DNA of 63,893 nucleotides, the filler included, from Choristocarpus tenellus KU-1152 (taxonomy: Eukaryota; Protista; Phaeophyceae), in assembly GCA_964200185.2 (NCBI GenBank). It is 10 parts of 10 records of this genome, joined end to end, with 100 filler letters (N's around TTAATTAATTAA, not from the genome) between each part and the next. Parts side by side here need not be neighbours in the genome. Positions count along the whole stretch, not along the records: positions 9,099 to 19,092 come from CAXNAD020003221.1; positions 19,193 to 22,117 come from CAXNAD020023614.1; positions 22,218 to 26,136 come from CAXNAD020017143.1; positions 26,237 to 31,169 come from CAXNAD020012480.1; 6 more parts are not named here. One strand, 5' to 3'. The notes beneath the pieces were generated by a model. It was not told the origin of the DNA, made no database searches, and was given only the letters and a program-made list of their open reading frames with translations. Position numbers and translations under genes: made by a program. Positions 14,083 through 27,693 of this stretch are shown here, in pieces. Positions within the stretch are counted from its first letter, which is position 1, and the number at the start of each line of letters is the position of its first letter.

Positions 14083-14298
14083 GTGAGTTACTTGCAAGGG
14101 GGGATACGTAATTCCGGTGTTGGCTTCAATTCAGTCACATCTGGGCAGGGTTGGCAAAGCCGTGCTGGCGTGCTCGACCTGGGTCACTACAGATGTGTTG
14201 GGAGATATGAACAAAAATCTTTGGGCAATCTCCTAGCCCAAGGGTCGAGTCACGGATTAGTTGATGAGGCTGCTCGGTGGAAAGGAGTACTCTACACT

Positions 14299-14427
14299 AT
14301 GTTGAAGGAAGCGAGTGGTTGCGAAGACTTGCCCACAGAGATGGACCAGAAGAAAGACCTTCGCGTTGGCTTCGTCGGGGCTGGTAACATGGCCACAGCA
14401 ATGATGGAGGGCATCATAGCCGGCAAG
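14299..14427 (+). CDS. Pyrroline-5-carboxylate reductase, first-exon copy B
   Basis: MLKEASGCEDLPTE-MDQKKDLRVGFVGAGNMATAMMEGIIAGK|GTGGGT (ATG 14299 or 14341). The donor is at the same codon position and phase as in copy A. Confidence 0.7.
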
Positions 14428-16556
14428 GTGGGTCGGTTACAAGAGCCGATCTGATATTGTGTGGTGCGGTGGAGGCAGTCACATTTGGGAAGGAGTAGGG
14501 GAGGACACGGTTTGGTGTACTTGAATCGAACGTGAGCAGGGATGCGAATTCGGCAAACCGAGAGTGCCCCGTGGCTGCATGAACTCCACTGGTATTCTTG
14601 TGCAGAGGTGCCAAAAAACTTTATTCCCATTTCAGACTCGAACTACCTTATGGTAGAGTACCCCATCCACCCTTCTGTTTAGGATCGTCACAGTACCTTA
14701 ATACTACTCCCCCCCCTCTCCCAGGAGTGATGGATATAAAAGATCAAAGGAGAGTGTAATCACGCGTTGCGAACTTCTGTGACCCACTCATAGGTGTTTT
14801 GAGATTTCTTAAGCTCTCACAGAAGTTGTAACGTTTATTCACAGTGCAGCATGAATGCTATGCTTGAGGCTGGGGTGTGGGTGAGCCCAATGGCAATAAT
14901 GCACCAGCACAGGATCATGTCAACACAATAGGGTGTATATGTTTATTATGTTGCATAGTGACATGGTCGAAACAATTGTCTTCAAAATGAAAACGTGCGA
15001 TAACTCCCGGGAAGTGAGCAAGTAAGAACCCAAGCCTAAACAATCCTTTCAAACGATACGCACATACACACACACATATATATACTCGAGTATATAGATG
15101 CATATTTGTGTATTTTGGAGTCCAGACATTTTGGGACAGTTTAACTTCACTAAGCTGACGAACGTAAACTACTTGCAGTGAAAAAACTATATATATATAC
15201 ATATATTCAGTGGTGCTTTTGTTGTTAAAGGCAACAGAAGGACAAGAGGCACGACATTGATGAACGGATGGTGCTTCAAATCGATTTTGAGATTGGGGTT
15301 TGAACTTCAACTTAAGGTTAGCACAGGGTTTGGAGCATACCATGCTGAATGTGATTAGATCTCCTTCCCCATTCAAGTAAGACTGACCTTGGTTAGGCTT
15401 GATAGAGTTGTCCCCACGTAGCTAGAGGTTTGTCCGATCAATTCTGATTCGGAGGCGAGTGTTTCTTTTGCTTCTTTTTTTTTGGATACATTTTTTATGT
15501 TAATTTAGTGTTAGGGTTAATGGAGATTGTGGAGTGTGATTCTTTTTCTTGCACATCCTTGATGTGAGAAGAACATGCGTTTGAAACTAAAGACTAAGAT
15601 TTACATTATATTTTTTTTAATATCTACTTGAAACCAGTTACATTGCGTACTCTGCGTTTGCATTATCCTCTCTTCTCGATTCCCTTGTTGAACAGTGGCA
15701 GTTTTATTATTTATTTATTTTTCTCTTTTTTTTTCTTTTTTTACATTTAATTACTACGAACAGATTATATATTTAAATCAAATTAAGAACAAAAAAGAAG
15801 GTTAAGTATGGTTTGAAGAAACCCTCTTGTGTGGATTGCGAGAGAAGGGAGATTTTTTTTTTACACAGTAAATTAACTTTAGAAAGTGGTCTCAAAAAGT
15901 TAATACACGTTGGTTCATCTTTTTTAGTTGAAGTTCAGATGCGTTTTTTTTTTTTAAATGCAGACGAATATTGTAGTTACACATTTCTCTCTATTTTTTT
16001 TCTCAAGGGCAATGAAACAAGGAGTTCAACCCTAACCCTAACCCTAACTCCATCACAGAATATATGGTTAGTTAAAATATGTTTCATTTATTGTCCATTG
16101 AACAACAGTATCAGTCCGTATTGAGCTGTTGGGTTTTTTTTTATTGTTATGGGTCCCTTTGACTCAACTCGTGATGCATTGCGTTGAAGACGTGTCGACA
16201 GACAGTCTTCTCCCTCCAACTCTTATACCTTTCTAAGGTGTATTTTTAATATATATATATATTTGGTATGGGAATGCCTTCCATTGTCAACTGACTCTAT
16301 GCTGCACAAGGTTCAAGAGAGCCTTTGAATTCAAGAATAGAATAACTATACTTGATTGAATTCGTGTGACAAATTCAGAGTGGTCACACGATGCTTACGA
16401 TCAGGAGTGACTGTACTCATGATTCCACAAGAAGGTACCGCACAACTTTGAACTGTTTACTCCAAAAAAGGAGATGAGAGTAAAAAAATAAAAAGACCAA
16501 AAAAGGAGATGAGAGTAAAAAAATAAAAAGAGATGTGCCACCGGGGGGAAAGTTAA

Positions 16557-16749
16557 AAAGGAGTCAAGAGGAGTCATCCATTTTATTATTATTATTAAAT
16601 TATTAATATCAAAGGAGTCAAGAGGAGTCATCCATTTTATTATTATTATTATCAAAGGAGTCAAGAGGAGTCAACCTAGAATTATTATTATTATTATTAT
16701 TATCAAAGGAGTCAAGAGGAGTCAACCTAGAAAGCACTAGACTCATCCA

Positions 16750-16782
<33 letters not shown>

Positions 16783-16783
16783 C
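16557..16783. repeat. Compound repeat: AAAGGAGTCAAGAGGAGTCA units interleaved with (ATT)n
   Basis: Four copies of the motif, separated by variable (TTA)n tracts. Confidence 0.8.
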
Positions 16784-17918
16784 ACTGACCTAGTTTGGTT
16801 TTAACTTGTCTTGTTGTATTTAATTAGGAAAAGAAATATGAATGAGAGTATGAATTCGTTATGACACTTCAGTAACAGTAACTGCACCGAGTGAGGATGG
16901 CAAGCAACCTTTGCTCTGCCTCTATGTAAGACGCTTCCTCCAATTATTGTCAAACTGAGAATCAGAACATTAACGCATCCCGTTTGCACAACCTTTGAAG
17001 AAAGAAAATGTGCCCCAAGATATATATATATATTGTGTTGATGTGCTAAAAATTTAAAATTAAAGGATTGTATTGTCTTGCGTCTCTCTGAAATTGTATT
17101 CTTGTTTATACACTTTTATTATCTTTGTCAAGTATTTTCTTCTCCTCTTGAATCATCGTTTTATTATTGTTCTGATTTCACATCAAGTTGAACAAGAAAG
17201 CGGATTTGATTGACTGACTACATACGTAATAATGTATATACATACATATATATACGTACATATATACATATCTAGGTGCATACATGCATGCTGTGTTTTA
17301 TTTGTTCCTTTTTTAAATTCTACAGTATTGATAATTAAAGTCTGTACATACGCATTTGTTCTACAATATTTGTTCTACAATGTTAATACTTAAATTCCGT
17401 ATATATACTATCACTTATTCATTCACTTTATTTTTTACTATATTCTGCATTATTGATTGAAAGTGAGTGTTTGTACCCCCAAGAGAATGGATACAGCACA
17501 TGAGAATCCGTATTCAAGATATATATATATATATATATTTTTTTTTTGGGGGGGGGTGGGACCAAAAGCAGGGGGCAGGGAGCATTTTTCTTTTTTCCAA
17601 ATGACTTGATTTTAGTGTTGCGGATCCCTTGAGTACTACGAAACTGTCATGTGGCATTGAAAGGTGTTTTGCAGTAGCATCATTGTCTTGGTAACAAGTA
17701 TCACCCGCATCAGACATTAGGATCAATGTCTCTAGTCCCCACTTTGATCCTCTACGATGGTGTCGATGCAGTGCTTCATTTCAAGCCCCTCTTCACCCTT
17801 TTCACCCTCTTCAAATGACCATTGTCAACCAGATGGCCAAGCCTGAGAACATCATGGCGAGTGATATTTACCAGCCTAGCCTGGACCGGCTCTCTGCGCT
17901 TGGGGTCCAGACCACCAA

Positions 17919-18088
17919 GTCCAATCAAGATGTGAGGGAGATGTGGTATAGTGAATGTCCAATCAAGATGTGAGGGAGATGTGGTACAGTGAATGTCCAA
18001 TAAGATGTGAGGGAGATGTGGTATAGTGAATGTCCAATAAGATGTGAGGGAGATGTGGTATAGTGAATGTCCAATCAAGATGTGAGAG
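17919..18088. repeat. Minisatellite, 37-38-bp unit, ~4.5 copies
   Basis: GTCCAAT(C)AAGATGTGAGGGAGATGTGGTAYAGTGAAT repeated head-to-tail with no spacers. Confidence 0.9.
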
Positions 18089-19030
18089 ATTGGAACCTAT
18101 TTGAACTTGGTAGATGATTTGATGGATGGCGACTGAAATCACTCATTTTAAAAATTTTACTGAAGAGTATAGCAATGGTAGTACAGATTAGTAGTATTGG
18201 TGTGGATAGGAGAGGGTTAGGGTTAGGGTTAGGGTTGGTGTTTGCAGCCCAATAGCACGCTTATGTATCTTGTTTTACATTTAGGGATTGGTATTACTTG
18301 TGGATGTATTTTTGTTTTTTTATTATTTTAATATATATATCTATATATATATATATATATTGATGCCTTGTGATGTCTTGTGATGTGATTGGTTGTCCAA
18401 AAAGTTAAATACAGAAGAAGGTGGAGTTAAGAAGACACTAGGTGGATTTGAATAAAGGTTTCGATAACCCTCTGCTGTAGGTGCAATGCAGTAGGGGTTT
18501 GGTGATCCCCATCCCTTCACTGATCATGAGGGTGGCACGCTTAGCCAGGAGGTGGGATGGGCTTTTTTGTGTCCCTTGGGGTGAAGTATTTGTTCCGTGT
18601 TCTCTGAAGGGGCCTTGTTTGACCTAGCTGTGGCAGTAGACATTGGAGACACAGATACACACACAGACACTTCTTGCAAGAGTTTTGAAGGGCTCTGTGT
18701 ATGTTGTGTGTGTGTGTTTCTTTTTTTTGGGGGGGGTGGGGTTGTAGTGCCTACTAGGGAATTAAGTGGGAATACGTGGTATTAGGATGCCGACCATGTT
18801 GCCTATGGAGGTGTAGGGAGGTAGCACTGTTAAGCGGCGATATGTTAGCGTTGTATCCTGCTATTGATGGAGTTATTGCTTTCTAGGTAATAGACCTGGG
18901 GAGGGGGGGAGAGAAAAAAATCTGTCAATTAGCAGCATGTGCCCTAAATCATACACACTACCTACCAACTGTGTTTGCTCCACCTTATTTCATGATGCGT
19001 GAATGTAATGCTGATGTCCCTTATTCATCT

Positions 19031-19078
<48 letters not shown>

Positions 19079-22025
19079 ACCCCCCACACCACNNNNNNNN
19101 NNNNNNNNNNNNNNNNNNNNNNNNNNNNNNNNNNNNTTAATTAATTAANNNNNNNNNNNNNNNNNNNNNNNNNNNNNNNNNNNNNNNNNNNNCCCCCCAG
19201 ATACTTTGAGCCAGAGACCACGAAAGAAGCAGGTAGAAGACTTTGTAGAACTATGTTGATAAGATGAATGTAGTGTGTAAGAGTTGAAGAAATCTGTGTT
19301 ATTTTACGTCCACTCTCACAAGCGAATGTGCAAAATAAGACAATCGTAAGGTGTACCCTGTATTGTGTATGCGAGATTATGGCATTGGACTGAGTCCATG
19401 TGATGTAACTAATGAGATAGCACATCTGGATTATGTATGGGGTTTGGTATTGCAATTAAACTACTCTGACGTGGCTGTTGGCTGATGTATGAGACACAAT
19501 TAGTAATAAAGAAACAATTAGTAAGAAGACACCCCACAAGGTCACTCTTCTCATTTCATCCACCCATTCTTTTCACGTTCAGCAAAGGGGGTCATGTGAG
19601 GCTCCACACACCTTCTTGTCTTCACCACAGATCAAATGGCAATACTTTCCAAGGATAATTGCACACATGTGTCTGAGAAGGTAAAACAACCCTCAACAGG
19701 GAAGGTGTTCCCTTAAATCAAGAAGACCAGCATAGACACAAGCTTTGGATAGGTGGGGATGGCTGGGAGAGGTCATATATATATATATATAATTACAGCA
19801 GCTGAACACGGTCATGACCTCTTACTCCCAGGTGTGGCCCAGGAGTACAGCGATCAACTAGGGAAATGTGCAGGACAGCAATGAGAGAGATCCTGTTGGA
19901 GGTGATGTGATGGATGCAAGGAGAGGAGGCCACGATCTAAAGGGAATGAGAAGGGAGATATATGAGGCAAGGAAATGAACGGGTATCTTTGTCAGAGTAA
20001 AACAACAGTACTACTGGGAGCAATCTCGAGGCAAGTGAGTTTGCTCGGCATGATGAGTACATGGGTCTTGGCCATGCAGAAGTGCAGCTCCTCATGGGGA
20101 ACCACCTTTTAAGGGATTAAGGGTCAGGACGAAAGGAGTTAGCCTAATTACTACAACAATCATGTTCTGGAGAGGTAGGTGTATGTCTCAGCATTGTATT
20201 TTGAGAAAAGTAGTACAAATATGTATGAAGGAAATCACTGTCTAGTGAGTGGAGCTGGCAATTGTTTCGAGAGGCATAATAATCCAACAGGAGGGTGTAG
20301 GTAATGCATGTTGACATAGTCAACCCATAGTCAGAGGCAGGCAGGCACACCACCACAATTAACATTGGGAACCTTCTCAGGGACGGGTTTGGGACATGGG
20401 AGCACAGGTACGGGAGAGACAACATGGTGGAAGCAGGTATAGTGTCTGCATCATCATGGCAGTAAGTCGAAAACACTCATTAAGTTTAAGTAGTCCAAGC
20501 ACTGATGGATGTCTTATGAGAACGGGGAAACCTTGCTTGTAAAACGATCAGAACAGATTCCTGTGGTTGTGGAAGGTACTGGTGGTAGGTAAAAGTGGTC
20601 AAGACAAAAATTACTGATACTGCCAATGATAATGGTGTTACAGTTTTAGTATTATTGTAGTAAAGGAAGCAATTTCAAGGTGTAACATTGGAGAAAAATA
20701 AATAATACATATTTTTACCATTAATTGCAGTCGGAAGTGGGAAAGGGTGTCCTTTTGAAAAGAAAGGCTGCAGGGATTGAAATGTGAACAAGATTTCGCC
20801 TCTTCCTAACTCAACTCAAACAGGAAAAGTAGTATCTGTTGCGCTTGAAGCAGTTTTCCTAATAATAATATTTTATTTATTTGTTCTTACTTCAGCTGGT
20901 TTGACCGAGCACAACAAACTACTTCTTCTGCTGTTGCTGTTCTACTACCAACAAAATTAGCTCCAGGGAAACAGGTAGGGCCTGAGTCTTCTGGTCTGTG
21001 GAATGATCACACAGCCGTTACTGCAGTCAGTCACTGGATTACAGTAAGAAGGGAGTAGTTAACCTAATCACTCCTTCGTTCTTACTGGGTGGAGAAGATG
21101 AAGCAAAATAATTGTAGCCATTACTATACTAGTGCCATTTGGCTCTGTCTAGAGCTCTATGCCAACAGCACAGTAAAGTCACCTGGAATACCACATGTCA
21201 GCGCTGAGAACCCCACATCCACTAATTGATTGCCCTTCTCCCTACTTTTCTCAATCTCAAGCCGAGCACAATTAGTTACTCCTTACATGGCTTGAAGACT
21301 CAGCCACCTTGTACACCCCTTCTGCATTTCTTCTTCGTATTAGCCCCATCTAACCCATCCTCCTCCCTGCACCCACACCAGGATTTGTTTCCCATCATCT
21401 TATCATCTCTCTTGCCACAGTACAGACTGACAACTCAAAACAGACACACACACGACTATTAATAGTTAAGATTTGCGGGGTCACAGCCCTTGTAGTAAGA
21501 CCAGAAATATCTGGGGAAAGTATGGCACTTGTTGCATCTATGTAATATACTGTATACTGTATTAAGTCAGGAAGAAAAATTGGCACCCATCTCAAAAAGA
21601 GCAACTAGAGATAGAGAGACTATCACATCCTCACGTAAGGTCAAGGTTCAATGGTGACCACTTTGAGACTCCCCCTGCAGTGTCTCTCTCTTGCCACACG
21701 AATGAAGGTGGGCACACAAACACACACATAACACACTAATCATGCATGGTGGTGGCCTCAACGAAACAAGAGCAAAGGACATTGTGCTCATCAGCCCAAG
21801 ACTTGATGCTGAGATAGTAACCGTGCACAAAATGCTGCATCAAACACCCATGCTTCCTTGCTCGCACAGTGCTAAAACTCACAATGCTTTCCCAACATTG
21901 CTACTTCATAGTCAAACAAAATCATCAAATCATGTTACCTCCGTCTAGTAGAGACCTGCAGCACCTCTTGCAGTTCCACCTATCCTCGCAGGACTATTTA
22001 AACCCTGACTGGCACTCAGTCCTCG

Positions 22026-22088
<63 letters not shown>

Positions 22089-23095
22089 CCCCCGCGGGGG
22101 CACCCGCGCTCGGCGCCNNNNNNNNNNNNNNNNNNNNNNNNNNNNNNNNNNNNNNNNNNNNTTAATTAATTAANNNNNNNNNNNNNNNNNNNNNNNNNNN
22201 NNNNNNNNNNNNNNNNNCAGGGAGATGGGCACGGAGGGGTGTGTTGGATTCTTGGGATGCCTCCCTAGCTCCCCCCCCCGGGGCGCAGGAGTAGGTAGAT
22301 GGGAAGCACAGGAAGACAGTAGTACAATATTGATAGTGGTGAAGTAACTGATAGATCACACTTACAGTGTTTTACAGTGTTTTCATGTTTATGATATTTT
22401 ATTTCTTTAGGGCTTGTACTGACATATATATAGTTTTCTTTGTTTTCCCCCGGACACATCTTCAAAATGTCAGAAAACATAATAATAAATCATACTGTCA
22501 TATTATTTGAGGTTTGATTCCAGTAATCCTTGATTCCACACGATCTCGTTATTTAGACAGATTCACATGAAACATTTTCAAGAGGTCAGTTATCACAGTT
22601 GGACTCCCTTCAGATGTGCCCAGTGGTGAGGGATTCCTTTTTGAAGCCCCTTCCAGTCTCACTCGTGATTCACTTCACTCTCCACACTTGTATTGGTCTA
22701 ACCTCATCTCGCCCTCTCGGTTACTGTTTGTCTTGGTCTGTCTGTTCGTTCGTCTTGCCTGGTGATTCTCTTCACCACCCTTGCCTGAGTGAACCCCACA
22801 CTGCCACAGAGTCACATGAATTACATTGGTGACCCTGGTGAATTCAGATATAGGATGAGAAAAGCAAGAGTTACCACATCATCAGTAGGCCCAACTTCAA
22901 GATCAGACACAGCTGATAGCAACAGCAACAGGCAGGGCGTTTTGCAGAGTAGAGTGTGAATTAAGTCAAGAAGACCGTGACCAGGATTAGAAGAGTCAAC
23001 GGCGATGACATCCAAGAGTGTACGTACATACTCATGCATCTGTTGCCGTTTGCAGTTTGGTGTTTCTGTTCACTGACTTGTACACTAGAAATCGT

Positions 23096-23504
23096 TCACT
23101 TGTAGTATGGAGTACGTTCGAGGGAGTAACAAGTCCAATCAGGCAACAACCACTTGGAGCATAGCCTATGACCTAGATATAGAACTTTGTTCTGTTGAAT
23201 ATTTCTGAGACTTTGCAGTGTAGTCTTAGATACGACAGAGTGCAACACAGTTACTGCTCGGTGATCAAGGTAAGGAACCGTCGAAGTGAGTATCTTCTGG
23301 GAGGGGGTGGAATACAATACAACTAAATTGGTGGTGAAATTCGTTTTCTGTCAGATGTTGCTGTCCAAAATCTCCCCAGAACCTCTCTGAGAGGGTGGAT
23401 GGATGGGTGTCTAACTGACTTTTCAGGATGGGCTTAATCGATCGTGGAAGGAACAAACAACGAAGATCACATGACAAATGCGGTAGAGGATGAGCTACTT
23501 TCAT
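23096..23504 (-). mobile_element. Possible decayed Ty3/gypsy reverse-transcriptase fragment
   Basis: KVLYLGHRLCSKWLLPD resembles the V-x-YLGH-x-IS-xx-G-xx-PD motif; frameshifted. Confidence 0.35.
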
Positions 23505-25326
23505 TGCAATATTTGTATTTAATCACAGTTTATGGTACAACAAAGTTTATCCTTTAAATATCTACTAGAAATTCCCCTTCACCCTTATACTTCAGGTCAC
23601 GATTATTTCTTCACACTTTGTCAGTAGGTTTCCATCTGTCCACAGAATGGCACACACCTGGACGACTGTATTGAGGAAAGACTGTTGATAATTAATCCTG
23701 TCAAGCATTGCTGTACCTTACTCGTAACTATCAAAACAGGTTACTGCAGGGCGCAATACTGTGCTTGGGGGGGAAGAGAAGGGGAAGCTCCATGAGGTAG
23801 TATCCACTCTGCTCCAGTAGACCCAGGAAGAAAGACATCAAGAGGGGGGCAGTGTGCCTGCCAGAGTAAAACTTCAAGATATATATTGAGCTAGACTTAC
23901 ATGTATGTCGTGTTTCGTTGAGAGGCCTATGTGTAACCTTGATCTTTAAAGTGGAAATGAAATCATCACAGATGACGCCTGGTCAGACAGCTTAAAGGCA
24001 AATCATATTTTAGTCTTAACCATCCTCTCCGTCCAATGTTTATATATACTTAAGAATGATGCGTCGTAAGGAACATTGTGAAGGGGGTGAAAACAATCCG
24101 GAGCCTGATGTGACCTAGGTTGAGCTTAGGTCTGAGCAGCAGAAAGTGAAGCATGCGAAGGTGTGAGCAAGAAAAACAATCAAGTCCGCTTGGTCGAGGG
24201 TTGATATATGGCCCTCCTTCAGATTGGAACACGAGGGGGAGAATGCTCAGCCAATCAATCTCCGTCTCTACGCTCGATCTGTTGTATCGAAGAAGGCGAC
24301 TTTTCTGGAGCCAAGGTCGCCAGATCGGGTGATTCAAAGTCACTGACTAATCGAAGAAAACCGCCCCTCAGAGTTCCACGTCTAGTACATGGAAAATTCT
24401 CGTCGGTTGGAGGAGGGTAAAAACAAGGATGTAGGGTCCAGGTTGGAAGGTCAGTGACGTATGGAGACTCTCATTCGAAGGGCGAAGGACCAAAGTCGGT
24501 TATGCACATCGGTCTGACAACATTTCGAGATAGACATTCATACACGTAAGACTCTCACACCAAAGTAGTAGCGTGTTCGGGAGTGGGAAAAGAGCGTACG
24601 ACACGTGAGTGCGTCAAAAAAAGAAAATAGTCTCTGGTGAGGACCCTCACCAGTCGCCTTGCAGCACTCCACACCACTTGGTGCTTGGTAAGTGCTACGA
24701 TTACAGTAAGTACCTAAGAGATTTTTCAACTTATAAAATGTAACACTAGCAAAAATGTACATCTTAGGTAAAGTTTCGAGGTGCATACTACACAATCTTT
24801 GGTGGGTGCTTGGGGACATGTATGTGTACTCAATGTAACAAGAGAGCGACACCTACAGTAGCCCGCTATACATAGTGTCAGATACTGCAGAGCGCTATAC
24901 CACATTACAGTGAGGTGGAGCATTAGGGCATCTTCTTTCCATTCACTGCTTCACACCCAATTAATTGGTCTTCCGAATTCAATTATCTCAATTCTTTTAT
25001 GTTCCAATACCTAAATAAAATACTTGTCTATTATCATTTGGCGAAATACCATTATTGACACATTAAATTATTCATACCACTAGCACCGAAACCATGGAAG
25101 ACAGCGCGTAGGGAAAAAAGTGATGGAACTCGACACAATCCAAAGCCTCCCAAGAACTGAATAAATTATAATCGCTGCAACCCAGACAAAGCAAGAACTC
25201 TCATGCAAAAAAAGGAGTAGAGTGACTCTTTTTTAGCAGCATTTCGGAAAAGTACATAGCTCAACCAAGAAGGAAAAACGCATCAATGTCCATCAGCACA
25301 CGTTCATTAACACGCACAAATCTATT

Positions 25327-25473
25327 CTACAGAGATACTCTAAGAGCCTCGATGGCAGCTCTCTCCTTTTGCCGCTTTCGTTCCCGTTTCCGACGGTTTT
25401 TTGCATTTGTGGAAACTTCAATCCTTGTCTCCTGGCGCTCAGTTGATGTCTTCTTTGGCTTGGGGCGAAACAC
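25327..25473 (-). CDS. Probable terminal exon of an unidentified gene (basic, NLS-like)
   Basis: ttgctcag|VFRPKPKKTSTERQETRIEVSTNAKNRRKRERKRQKERAAIEALRVSL*. Candidate upstream exon near 25585-25631, but the frame is ambiguous. Confidence 0.4.
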   Translation of the reverse strand: MFRPKPKKTSTERQETRIEVSTNAKNRRKRERKRQKERAAIEALRVSL

Positions 25474-27570
25474 CTGAGCAATTTTCAATCAGGAACATGA
25501 ACTGGTGGCAACTGCCTCCATGATAAGGGGAGAGAGGGGAGGGGGCAAAACTTCCCCAAAAGATACAGGCAGTGCGTTTACCTACGTATCCTTTTCCGAC
25601 TGCTTGGAGGGGGACTTGTTGGTCGGCTTCCTTCAAACCACATACGACTCACCATCTACCAGGTTGGAAATGTAAAGAGATAAACCAATCCCTATCTCAT
25701 CATTGGTCAGAAAAGCTATGTTTGAGAAAGAAAAAGGGTGAGCAGCTCTCATGAAACGCTCACTTTTCACTGGCCTAAAATTTCCTGCTCCCAATAACCT
25801 CAGAGACATTCCGGATGGAATGGGGGTCCAAAGTGAAGAAGAAAATATTGACAATGAAAGAGTATTCCAAGGGCTTTATGGAAAGGTTTGAATTGAATTG
25901 AATTAAAGAATCATTTCAAAAACACGTGGTGGGACAAATAATGTGCTACATAGGGAAGACAACATAAGCAAAAGTGTTTAGGATCGAGCAGAAGCAGCAA
26001 GCACTAAAACGACAACACAAGACTTCATCCAATTTAGGTCTGCCCCACCCTAACTTCGATAAGACAAGCCCTAAAACGTGACAAACTTGGAGATCCTGAA
26101 ATGTGTTTGTGGGGGCGCGCGTGCGGGGGGGGGGGGNNNNNNNNNNNNNNNNNNNNNNNNNNNNNNNNNNNNNNNNNNNNTTAATTAATTAANNNNNNNN
26201 NNNNNNNNNNNNNNNNNNNNNNNNNNNNNNNNNNNNGTGATGCTGGTCGTGATGGAAGATGGGGGGCTGGGTGGGGGGGGGGTGGGGGGTGGTATTAGGT
26301 GAATCGATGCCCAAGATTGAATTTTTTTATATTGTTGTTGTCTGGTCTCTATCACGAGACTGTCTGTGACGTATACAGATGTTGATGAAGTTTTTGCAGG
26401 TTGCCCGAGGTGAGGCTGGTCTAGCTTCCGTCCTTTTGCTGTGGGGTTGGGCAAGGCTTCACGTGTCTTGTTTTTTTTTTTCATTATTCCTAGACACCTA
26501 GGGTGAAATCTTTTTGAGATTCTTCTTCACCTTCCGTTACCAGCTATCTTGTATCCTGGTAACCCCAGTCCAATACCCACCACTCTCTCTCTCTCTCTCT
26601 CACACACACACGCGCGCGCGCGCGCGCGCGCGCCAACTGTATTGAAGAGTTAAATCTTGACACGGGGAGGTACTTCTGATGTTCTTTTTAAGAGCACCAA
26701 CGTGTTATCTCTTTTGTTTTGGGTTTCAATGCAGTCCTTCAGAGAAGTTTTGAAGTGAAGGTCGCTTCTTTGTCCTAACCCTAACCCTAACCCTAATTTT
26801 GTCAGCTTGGCAGGTGTGGAGAGAGTACACCGATTGTAGGTTTGTGATTTTGGATGAACTTAGGGGGCAAGTGAATGTATATATATATATATAAATATAT
26901 TTGCGACGAGTGGATGCTACTTGCACCCTGGCACCCTTTTTTAGTGATGGTGAACGGAAGGCGATGAATATAATAATAATAATAATAATAATATAGTGGA
27001 GGCGGTCGTTTCAAGGATGTGAAGTTCTTCACACCATATCTTCCGATCGAGAACCTTTTTTTTTAATTTTAAAATGAAAAACGAATGGGATGACTTTGTG
27101 TGCTCATCCTCAACTCGCTAGAATAGAAGTCTTATCTACCGTGTGATTTTTGGTACTGGTTTCTTTTGCAATTCACTGAATCAATACTTAAGATCAAGAC
27201 ATTTGAGGGGTTCGTCCGTCCGTCCGTCCGTCCGTCCGTCCGTTCTCCCAAAAATATCGAAATGATTGAGTTGATATGCTGCTTGTCGATCAATTCGTTT
27301 TGATATCATCTCCACAGAGAGTCAAGATCTGTCATATGCTTGAAGTGACTACTTCCGCCATAATATTAAACAATTATAGTAATGTACTCACCCAAGACTG
27401 GTTTATTGCTTCAAGCATGAGTGCTGATTTGTTTAATGTTTTTCTTGCATGTGTATGTATGTATATGTGTATGTATGTGTGTGTTTGGTTGTTGAGTGTG
27501 TGGTGTGATTGTCATTTTCAATCTATCTGGTAACACCCTCTATTTTTTTTAAATATTTTCTTCCTTGCAG

Positions 27571-27654
27571 GTTGCTGGGACAACAGCGTGCTTACCTATT
27601 CTGTGGAAGGAGCTTGTATATTGTCAACCCTTCATGGGGCACATGAGGTCAGCG

Positions 27655-27693
<39 letters not shown>

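Noticed and set aside
13795-14454. Single 219-aa ORF with two Rossmann motifs read as one protein
   Set aside because: Strong donors follow each motif at the same position, the intervening translation is not P5CR-like, and the ORF stops right after the second donor.
16557-16783. Repeat-spacer-like array
   Set aside because: The spacers are only (ATT)n microsatellite, consistent with slippage.
17919-18088. 37-38-bp repeats of CRISPR-like length
   Set aside because: Head-to-tail with no unique spacers, no cas genes, and a eukaryotic context.
22026-22117. Poly-proline ORF from a long poly-C run (similar run at 19031-19085)
   Set aside because: Homopolymer at a contig end; likely a sequencing or assembly artefact.
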